Origin: a virus
Taxonomy: Duplodnaviria; Heunggongvirae; Uroviricota; Caudoviricetes
Length of the DNA stretch: 27,364 bases
Reading direction: 5' to 3' (one strand)
IMG/VR virus record: IMGVR_UViG_2541047426_000009
Coordinates: 1 to 27,364 of that record
The notes below the pieces were generated by a model. It had not been told where the DNA came from. It did no database searches and worked only from the letters and a program-made list of their open reading frames with translations. How positions within the stretch are numbered: the first letter of the stretch is position 1; each line of letters starts with the position of its first letter. Below, piece by piece: positions 16,810-27,364 of this stretch. The position numbers were made by a program, and so were the translations under genes.

Positions 16810-17343
16810 ATGAACGCAAAAATCAGATACGGCCTGTCGGCTGCCGTTCTGGCGCTGATTGGTGCAGGGGCGTCTGCGCCTGAAATCCTCGACCAGTTTC
16901 TTGACGAAAAAGAAGGTAACCACACCACGGCATACCGTGATGGTGCGGGTATCTGGACCATCTGCCGCGGTGCCATCCTGGTGGATGGTAAACCTGTCGT
17001 TCCGGGCATGAAGTTGTCGAAGGAAAAATGCGACCAGGTTAACGCCATTGAACGTGATAAGGCGCTGGAGTGGGTGGAGCGCAATATTAAAGTACCGCTG
17101 ACCGAACCCCAGAAAGCGGGGATCGCGTCATTCTGTCCGTACAACATTGGTCCCGGTAAGTGTTTCCCGTCGACGTTTTACAGACGAATTAATGCAGGTG
17201 ATCGCAGGGGAGCGTGTGAGGCGATTCGCTGGTGGATTAAGGACGGTGGCAGAGACTGCCGTATTCGCTCAAACAACTGCTACGGTCAGGTTTCACGGCG
17301 TGACCAGGAGAGCGCGCTGGCGTGCTGGGGAATTGACAGATAA
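16810..17343 (+). CDS. SAR endolysin (GH24 lysozyme, phage 21 R-like)
   Basis: N-terminal weakly hydrophobic Gly/Ala-rich segment then E...D...T catalytic pattern (DEKEGNHTTAYRDGAGIWT). Confidence 0.85.
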   Translation: MNAKIRYGLSAAVLALIGAGASAPEILDQFLDEKEGNHTTAYRDGAGIWTICRGAILVDGKPVVPGMKLSKEKCDQVNAIERDKALEWVERNIKVPLTEPQKAGIASFCPYNIGPGKCFPSTFYRRINAGDRRGACEAIRWWIKDGGRDCRIRSNNCYGQVSRRDQESALACWGIDR

Positions 17344-17435
17344 GCAGAATATTTTGCTGAAAAATGCGGTTTGCTCACACTGGCGGATAACACGAAATCC
17401 TGCGAACTGGCAAAAACTAAGTGAATAAAAGTAAA

Positions 17436-17470
17436 ACCCCGTTTGTTGGCCGCAAACGGGGTTTTGTGTT
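17436..17470 (+). terminator. strong intrinsic terminator after the endolysin gene
   Basis: CCCCGTTTG-ttggccg-CAAACGGGG followed by TTTTGTGTTT; A-rich upstream so possibly bidirectional. Confidence 0.55.
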
Positions 17471-17498
17471 TCTGACCTTGAGTAAGGCAAGGGAGAAC

Positions 17499-17681
17499 AT
17501 GGGAAAGTATAAACGAATTCTGTTGAGATTGACTATGAAAAACGGCCTTGAACTGAAAGCGCCTGTAACTGATGACGTCAGCAGAGCGCTGGCTTTTGCT
17601 ATTAAGTGGGTGGCGGTCGGTATTGCTGTGTCTCCGATGCTGTATGGGCTGGCAAAACTGGTCATTGCGTTGAAATCGTGA
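17499..17681 (+). CDS. small 60-aa protein with C-terminal hydrophobic helix
   Basis: ATG with AAGGGAGAA RBS; C-terminal segment ALAFAIKWVAVGIAVSPMLYGLAKLVIAL. Confidence 0.4.
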   Translation: MGKYKRILLRLTMKNGLELKAPVTDDVSRALAFAIKWVAVGIAVSPMLYGLAKLVIALKS

Positions 17682-17693
17682 AGAGGATTAAGC

Positions 17694-17825
17694 ATGTCAG
17701 ACAAGCTCATAACGCTGGCGAAGATCCTCTGTGTAATCGTCGGCATTTCATTTTCACTAATGCTGGTTGCTATTTGCTTTTCCACTGCCTGGCGCGTCTT
17801 AACTTTGTCATGGCTGGTGGGGTGA
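17694..17825 (+). CDS. 43-aa single-pass membrane peptide
   Basis: ATG with [52 protein letters not shown]; below the ORF-track size cut-off. Confidence 0.35.
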   Translation: MSDKLITLAKILCVIVGISFSLMLVAICFSTAWRVLTLSWLVG

Positions 17826-17832
17826 GGGGGAT

Positions 17833-18300
17833 ATGAACCGTGTTCTGTGTGTGGTGATTATTGTCCTGCTGGTAGCCTGTGGTGTGCTTAGTCTGGGGCT
17901 GAATCATTACCGCGATAACGCCATTACCTACAAAGCGCAACGCGATAAAAAAGCCAGTGAGCTGAAGCTGGCGAACGTGACAATTACTGATATGCAGGTA
18001 CGCCAGCGTGATGTCGCTGCACTTGATGCCAGATACTCGAGGGAATTAGCCGATGCGAGAGCTGAAAATGAAACTCTGCGTGCTGATGTTGCCGCTGGTC
18101 GTAAGCGCCTGCGCATCAACGCCAACTGTCCAGGCTCCTTGCGTAAAGCCCCCATCACCTCCGGCGTGGATAATGCAACCGGTCCCCGACTGGCAGAAGC
18201 CGCTGAACGGGATTATTTCATCCTCAGAGAACGGCTGATGGCAATGCAGAAGCAACTGGAAGGAGCACAGGAATATATCCGTACCCAGTGTATACCGTGA
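17833..18300 (+). CDS. Rz i-spanin
   Basis: 155 aa; N-terminal TM then coiled-coil-like region; contains embedded +1-frame lipoprotein ORF. Confidence 0.8.
   Translation: MNRVLCVVIIVLLVACGVLSLGLNHYRDNAITYKAQRDKKASELKLANVTITDMQVRQRDVAALDARYSRELADARAENETLRADVAAGRKRLRINANCPGSLRKAPITSGVDNATGPRLAEAAERDYFILRERLMAMQKQLEGAQEYIRTQCIP
18068..18238 (+). CDS. Rz1 o-spanin lipoprotein embedded in Rz
   Basis: [15 protein letters not shown] lipobox signal then Pro-rich mature peptide, wholly inside Rz in the +1 frame. Confidence 0.7.
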   Translation: MKLCVLMLPLVVSACASTPTVQAPCVKPPSPPAWIMQPVPDWQKPLNGIISSSENG

Positions 18301-18763
18301 TGTTTTGTTACGAAGGTGTTACTGGTAACGTTAAGGTAATTTAACAAAGAGTCAGTTCCGGACTTTATAGTGTGCTCAGTTCATGGCCAAAAACGATTTC
18401 TGTGATAAATATTTTGAATATTATTTACAGGTAAATGGAGTGGGGCACATGGATAGAAATATTACAATAGAGTATGAAGTATATGCCCGTATTGTATGGG
18501 CAGAGAAGGCAAAAACATGGTAATTCCGTGTGTTGCCATGATACCTGATTGGCAGAATTGTTGTTTGGTTTTGAGTATATAGTCAGCGTCTTTTGTTCGG
18601 TAATTGCTCTTTCAATTAAAATGCCAGATATGATTTGCTTTTCTTTGTTGTTTAGTTTTTTTGTATATTATTTTTATTGTTTTTATATAATTAGTTTTTT
18701 ATTGTTGTCTTATTAAGCACGGTAAATTCAGGATGGCAGTCTGTAGATAAACGGAGGTTACTT

Positions 18764-19078
18764 ATGCTACATGATCACCTGGCAGAATGTCTGGAGAAAA
18801 AAGGACTGTACCGGAGAGCAGCTGAACGATGGGCAAAAGTGATGGTACAGCTAAGTGATGACCAGAAAAGAAAAGTGGCGGCACAGAAACGAGCAGAGTG
18901 TTTGCGTAAGGCGCGCCGGACTCCGGTTTCACCGATGAACCTGACAGAAATAAAACAAGCGGTCAACAGACTACATTCTGAGTTGGGAATGGGATTTGAA
19001 GAGCGGCGGGTATTCCGACGATATAAAGGGACAGGAGAACAGAATACGTCCGGAAACGCGCGGTCAAAAAAATGCTAA
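18764..19078 (+). CDS. PerC-family transcriptional regulator (Pch-like) moron
   Basis: 104 aa; pattern LEKKGLYRRAAERWAKVM...RAECLRKARR...LTEIKQAV matches recalled PerC/Pch family; strong RBS AAACGGAGG; AT-rich upstream region. Confidence 0.6.
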   Translation: MLHDHLAECLEKKGLYRRAAERWAKVMVQLSDDQKRKVAAQKRAECLRKARRTPVSPMNLTEIKQAVNRLHSELGMGFEERRVFRRYKGTGEQNTSGNARSKKC

Positions 19079-19113
19079 AAAATATCTGAGAGCGTTATTG
19101 CCTGTTACCATAA

Positions 19114-19142
19114 GAAAAAGCGACTTTAGTGGTCGCTTTTTG
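19114..19142. terminator. putative bidirectional terminator between convergent genes
   Basis: AAAAAGCGAC-tttagtg-GTCGCTTTTT, A-run and T-run on either side. Confidence 0.45.
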
Positions 19143-19159
19143 TGTCATATATAAGTCGT

Positions 19160-19384
19160 TTAAGTAAACCTGTCTGAACAGGTTCTCTGGTCGTGTTTGT
19201 CTTTGTTGGGTACAAATTGAGAATATTTTTCATTAATTAATCTTCTTCTGCAGGCTTCAATAACCCACGCTGAAAAATTTCCTGAACCTTTCAGATCAAG
19301 AGCGATGTTAATTTGTTCAATCATCTGGTTTGGAAATCGGATGTTGCGGGTTGTTGTTCTGCGGGTTCTGTTCTTTGATGACAT
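19160..19384 (-). CDS. small 74-aa protein, possible ribbon-helix-helix regulator (YlcI/YnfO-like by position upstream of terminase)
   Basis: ORF on minus strand in AT-rich region; assignment by size and context only. Confidence 0.45.
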   Translation of the reverse strand: MSSKNRTRRTTTRNIRFPNQMIEQINIALDLKGSGNFSAWVIEACRRRLINEKYSQFVPNKDKHDQRTCSDRFT

Positions 19385-19583
19385 AATGTTGCCCCATATT
19401 CAGTGTTGCTGATTTGTATTATCTGAAGTTGCTTTTACGTTAATTTGATGCAGATCAATTAATACGATACCTGCGTCATAATTGATTATTTGACGTGGTT
19501 TGATGGCGTAGATGCACGTTGTGACATGTAGATGATAATTATTATCATTTTGCGGGTCCTTTCCGGCGATCCGACCGGTTACG

Positions 19584-19595
19584 GGGCGGCGACCT
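19584..19595 (+). other. cosN cohesive-end sequence GGGCGGCGACCT
   Basis: ACG/GGGCGGCGACCTCGCGGGTTTTCGCTATTTATGAAAATTTTCCGG matches recalled lambda cos junction. Confidence 0.75.
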
Positions 19596-19770
19596 CGCGG
19601 GTTTTCGCTATTTATGAAAATTTTCCGGGGAAAATCATGTCGGTACTTCTCGAACATAACTATTTGTTTTTTCTAATATCGAATCCGTAAAGGTCCGACA
19701 TGAAAACGCCTGAAAAAGTCATTTTCGGGCACTTTCATGTCGGACCCTGTATTTGTTGTGAGACTGTTTC
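19596..19770 (+). promoter_or_regulatory. cosB-like region with three CATGTCGG elements (19636-19643 +, 19695-19702 inverted, 19736-19743 +)
   Basis: Orientation pattern +,-,+ mirrors lambda R3/R2/R1 but the element sequence differs from lambda. Confidence 0.5.
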
Positions 19771-20290
19771 ATGAAGGTTAATAAAAAGAAACTTGCCGAA
19801 ATTTTCAACGTGGATCCGCGAACGATTGAACGCTGGCAGTCTCAGGGGCTCCCTTGCGTCTCCGGAGGTGGTAAGGGCGTTGAATCTGTATTTGATACCG
19901 CCACGGCAATTCAGTGGTATGCGCAGAGGGAAGCTGATATCGAAAATGAAAAACTCCGTAAAGAGGTTGAGGATTACAGGGCTGCCAGCGAGGCAGATCT
20001 CCAGCCTGGGACTATTGAGTACGAACGCCATCGACTTACGCGTGCGCAGGCTGACGCCCAGGAGCTGAAGAATGCCAGAGACTCCGCAGAAGTGGTGGAA
20101 ACCGCATTCTGTACTTTCGTGCTGTCACGGATCGCAGGTGAAATTGCCAGTATTCTTGACGGGATCCCTCTCTCAGTACAGCGGCGTTTTCCGGAACTGG
20201 AAAACCGACATGTTGATTTCCTGAAACGGGATATTATCAAAGCCATGAACAAAGCAGCCGCGCTGGATGAACTGATACCGGGGTTGCTGA

Positions 20291-20316
<26 letters not shown>
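19771..20316 (+). CDS. nu1: terminase small subunit (Nu1-like; N-terminal DNA-binding domain diverged from lambda, remainder near-identical)
   Basis: 181 aa; C-terminal two-thirds matches recalled lambda Nu1 ([42 protein letters not shown]...). Confidence 0.9.
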
Positions 20317-23998
<3,682 letters not shown>

Positions 23999-24018
<20 letters not shown>

Positions 24019-25318
24019 TCTCCCGCATATTGCCAGCATGGCTTTTAATGAGCCGCTGATGCTTGAACCCGCCTATGCGCGGGTTTTCTTTTGTGCGCTT
24101 GCAGGCCAGCTTGGGATCAGCCGCCTGACGGATGCAGTATCCGGCGACAGCCTGACTGCCGGAGAGGCACCCGCGGCGCTGGCGTTATCCGGTGATGATG
24201 ACGGACCACGACAGGCCCGGAGTTATCAGGTCATGAACGGCATCGCCGTGCTGCCGGTGTCCGGTACGCTGGTCAGCCGGACGCGGGCGCTGCAGCCGTA
24301 TTCGGGAATGACCGGTTACAACGGCATTATCGCCCGTCTGCAACAGGCTGCCAGCGATCCGATGGTGGACGGCATTCTGCTCGATATGGACACACCGGGC
24401 GGGATGGTGGCGGGAGCATTTGACTGTGCTGACATCATCGCCCGTGTGCGAGACATAAAACCGGTATGGGCGCTGGCCAACGACATGAACTGCAGTGCAG
24501 GTCAGCTGCTTGCCAGCGCCGCCTCCCGGCGTCTGGTCACGCAGACCGCCCGGACAGGCTCCATCGGCGTCATGATGGCTCACAGTAATTACGGTGCTGC
24601 CCTGGAGAAACAGGGCGTGGAAATCACGCTGATTTACAGCGGCAGCCATAAGGTGGATGGCAACCCCTACAGCCATCTACCGGGTGATGTCCGGGAAACA
24701 CTGCAGTCCCGGATGGATGCAACCCGCCGGATGTTTGCGCAGAAGGTGTCGGCATATACCGGCCTGTCCGTGCAGGCTGTGCTGGATACCGAGGCTGCAG
24801 TGTACAGCGGTCAGGAGGCCATTGATGCCGGACTGGCTGATGAACTTGTCAACAGCACCGATGCGATCACCGTTATGCGTGATGCACTGGATGCACGTAA
24901 ATCCCGTCTCTCAGGAGGGCGAATGACCAAAGAGACTCAATCAACAACTGTTTCAGCCACTGCTTCGCAGGCTGACGTTACTGGCGTGGTGCCAGCGACG
25001 GAGGGCGAAAACGCCAGCGCGGCGCAGCCGGACGTGAACGCGCAGATCACCGCTGCGGTTGCGGCAGAAAACAGCCGCATTATGGGGATCCTCAACTGTG
25101 AGGAGGCTCACGGACGCGAAGAACAGGCCCGCGTGCTGGCAGAAACCCCCGGTATGACCGTGGAAACGGCCCGCCGCATTCTGGCCGCAGCACCACAGAG
25201 TGCACAGGCGCGCAGTGATACTGCGCTGGATCGTCTGATGCAGGGGGCACCGGCACCGCTGGCTGCAGGTAACCCGGCATCTGATGCCGTTAACGATTTG
25301 CTGAACACACCAGTGTAA
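23999..25318 (+). CDS. C: head protease/scaffold gpC (Nu3 scaffold expected as in-frame C-terminal nested product)
   Basis: GTG start 20 nt before B stop as in lambda; VTAELRNLPHIASMAFNEPLMLEPAYARVFF... near-identical to recalled gpC. Confidence 0.85.
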
Positions 25319-25327
25319 GGGATGTTT

Positions 25328-25660
25328 ATGACGAGCAAAGAAACCTTTACCCATTACCAGCCGCTGGGCAACAGTGACCCGGCTCATACCGCAACCGCGC
25401 CCGGCGGATTGAGTGCGAAAGCGCCTGCAATGACCCCGCTGATGCTGGACACCTCCAGCCGTAAGCTGGTTGCGTGGGATGGCACCACCGACGGTGCTGC
25501 CGTTGGCATTCTTGCGGTTGCTGCTGACCAGACCAGCACCACGCTGACGTTCTACAAGTCCGGCACGTTCCGTTATGAGGATGTGCTCTGGCCGGAGGCT
25601 GCCAGCGACGAGACGAAAAAACGGACCGCGTTTGCCGGAACGGCAATCAGCATCGTTTAA
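25328..25660 (+). CDS. D: head decoration protein gpD
   Basis: 110 aa [27 protein letters not shown]... near-identical to recalled lambda gpD. Confidence 0.9.
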   Translation: MTSKETFTHYQPLGNSDPAHTATAPGGLSAKAPAMTPLMLDTSSRKLVAWDGTTDGAAVGILAVAADQTSTTLTFYKSGTFRYEDVLWPEAASDETKKRTAFAGTAISIV

Positions 25661-25678
25661 CCTGACCCTTCATCACTA

Positions 25679-25702
25679 AAGGCCGCCTGTGCGGCTTTTT
25701 TT
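25679..25702 (+). terminator. intrinsic terminator-like hairpin between D and E
   Basis: GCCGC-ctgt-GCGGC followed by TTTTTTT. Confidence 0.45.
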
Positions 25703-25715
25703 ACGGGATTTTTTT

Positions 25716-26741
25716 ATGTCGATGTACACAACCGCCCAACTGCTGGCGGCAAATGAGCAGAAATTTAAGTTTGATCCGCTGTTTCTGCGTCTCTTTTTCC
25801 GTGAGAGCTATCCCTTCACCACGGAGAAAGTCTATCTCTCACAAATTCCGGGACTGGTAAACATGGCGCTGTACGTTTCGCCGATTGTTTCTGGTGAGGT
25901 TATCCGTTCCCGTGGCGGCTCCACCTCTGAATTTACGCCGGGATATGTCAAGCCGAAGCATGAAGTGAATCCGCAGATGACCCTGCGTCGCCTGCCGGAT
26001 GAAGATCCGCAGAATCTGGCGGACCCGGCTTACCGCCGCCGTCGCATCATCATGCAGAACATGCGTGACGAAGAGCTGGCCATTGCTCAGGTCGAAGAGA
26101 TGCAGGCAGTTTCTGCCGTGCTCAAGGGCAAATACACCATGACCGGTGAAGCCTTCGATCCGGTTGAGGTGGATATGGGCCGCAGTGCGGCGAACAACAT
26201 CACGCAGTCCGGCGGCACGGAGTGGAGCAAGCGTGACAAGTCCACGTATGACCCGACCGACGATATCGAAGCCTACGCGCTGAACGCCAGCGGCGTGGTG
26301 AATATCATCGTGTTTGACCCGAAAGGCTGGGCGCTGTTCCGTTCCTTCAAAGCCGTCAGGGAGAAGCTGGATACCCGTCGCGGCTCTCATTCCGAACTGG
26401 AGACAGCGGTAAAAGACCTGGGCAAAGCGGTGTCTTATAAGGGAATGTATGGCGATGTGGCCATCGTCGTGTATTCCGGACAGTACGTGGAAAACGGCGT
26501 CAAAAAGAACTTCCTGCCGGACAACACGATGGTGCTGGGGAACACTCAGGCACGCGGTCTGCGCACCTATGGCTGCATTCAGGATGCGGACGCACAGCGC
26601 GAAGGCATTAACGCCTCTGCCCGTTACCCGAAAAACTGGGTGACCACCGGCGATCCGGCGCGTGAGTTCACCATGATTCAGTCAGCACCGCTGATGCTGC
26701 TGGCTGACCCTGATGAGTTCGTGTCCGTACAACTGGCGTAA
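25716..26741 (+). CDS. E: major capsid protein gpE
   Basis: 341 aa MSMYTTAQLLAANEQKFKFDPLFLRLFF... near-identical to recalled lambda gpE. Confidence 0.9.
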   Translation: MSMYTTAQLLAANEQKFKFDPLFLRLFFRESYPFTTEKVYLSQIPGLVNMALYVSPIVSGEVIRSRGGSTSEFTPGYVKPKHEVNPQMTLRRLPDEDPQNLADPAYRRRRIIMQNMRDEELAIAQVEEMQAVSAVLKGKYTMTGEAFDPVEVDMGRSAANNITQSGGTEWSKRDKSTYDPTDDIEAYALNASGVVNIIVFDPKGWALFRSFKAVREKLDTRRGSHSELETAVKDLGKAVSYKGMYGDVAIVVYSGQYVENGVKKNFLPDNTMVLGNTQARGLRTYGCIQDADAQREGINASARYPKNWVTTGDPAREFTMIQSAPLMLLADPDEFVSVQLA

Positions 26742-26782
26742 TCATGGCCCTTCGGGGCCATTGTTTTTCTGTGGAGGAGTCC

Positions 26783-27181
26783 ATGACGAAAGATGAACTG
26801 ATTGCCCGTCTCCGCTCGCTGGGTGAACAACTGAACCGTGATGTCAGCCTGACGGGGACGAAAGAAGAACTGGCGCTCCGTGTGGCAGAGCTGGAAGAGG
26901 AGCTTGATGACACGGATGAAACTGCCGGTCAGGACACCCCTCTCAGCCGGGAAAATGTGCTGACCGGACATGAAAATGAGGTGGGATCAGCGCAGCCGGA
27001 TACCGTGATTCTGGATACGTCTGAACTGGTCACGGTCGTGGCACTGGTGAAGCTGCATACTGATGCACTTCACGTCACGCGGGATGAACCTGTGGCATTT
27101 GTGCTGCCGGGAACGGCGTTTCGTGTCTCTGCCGGTGTGGCAGCCGAAATGACAGAGCGCGGCCTGGCCAGAATGCAATAA
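26783..27181 (+). CDS. FI: DNA packaging protein gpFI
   Basis: 132 aa MTKDELIARLRSLGEQLNRDVSLTG...; GGAGG RBS. Confidence 0.85.
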   Translation: MTKDELIARLRSLGEQLNRDVSLTGTKEELALRVAELEEELDDTDETAGQDTPLSRENVLTGHENEVGSAQPDTVILDTSELVTVVALVKLHTDALHVTRDEPVAFVLPGTAFRVSAGVAAEMTERGLARMQ

Positions 27182-27192
27182 CGGGAGGCGCT

Positions 27193-27364
27193 GTGGCTGA
27201 TTTCGATAACCTGTTCGATGCTGCCATTGCCCGCGCCGATGAAACGATACGCGGGTACATGGGAACGTCAGCCACCATGACATCCGGTGAGCAGTCCGGC
27301 GCAGTAATACGTGGTGTTTTTGATGACCCTGAAAATATCAGCTATGCCGGACAGGGCGTGCGTG
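27193..27364 (+). CDS. FII: head-tail connector gpFII, 5' portion only (runs off the right edge)
   Basis: GTG start with GGGAGG RBS; MADFDNLFDAAIARADETIRGYMGT... matches recalled lambda gpFII. Confidence 0.8.
   Translation, partial: MADFDNLFDAAIARADETIRGYMGTSATMTSGEQSGAVIRGVFDDPENISYAGQGVR

Noticed and set aside
10905-17819. Chi sites (GCTGGTGG) at about 10905, 11723 and 17812
   Set aside because: Present, but at a frequency unremarkable for E. coli-type DNA and not clustered or oriented in an informative way.
18300-18760. CRISPR-like or tandem repeat array in the AT-rich region
   Set aside because: T-rich low-complexity sequence without regularly spaced direct repeats; no CRISPR array anywhere in the window.
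24185-25646. Minus-strand and alternative-frame ORFs inside the gpC and gpD genes
   Set aside because: Antisense or out-of-frame to near-lambda head genes; GC-rich frame artefacts.

Overview
This window reads as about 27.4 kb of a mosaic, probably defective lambdoid prophage of the Escherichia/Shigella type; all identifications are from reading the sequence and recalled reference proteins, with no database search run. Left to right: a leftward dicB-type operon (dicB start at the window edge, DicF sRNA, three small ORFs) under a DicA repressor; a divergent DicC (Cro-like) gene heading a rightward operon with a YdaT-like protein, an O-like initiator containing iterons, a P-like protein and an amber-interrupted winged-helix gene; an AT-rich moron encoding an orphan ModA-like periplasmic binding protein; a hok toxin; DUF968, RusA and a Q-like antiterminator with a promoter-proximal terminator; a frameshifted DNA methyltransferase; two tRNAs (CAU and UCU anticodons); a sialate-esterase (nanS-p-like) gene broken by a frameshift and a 1310-bp IS3-family element; a phage-21-type lysis cassette (pinholin, SAR endolysin, Rz/Rz1) with extra ORFs inserted; a PerC-family regulator moron; a cos site; and lambda-like head genes Nu1, A, W, B (frameshifted), C, D, E, FI and the start of FII. 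No CRISPR array, rRNA, integrase or attachment site is visible. The most novel candidates are the uncharacterised ORFs inserted into the lysis cassette, the convergent ORF pair in the early-left operon and the orphan binding-protein moron. ORF coordinates follow the supplied track; coordinates of non-ORF features were counted by eye and may be off by 1-2 nt.
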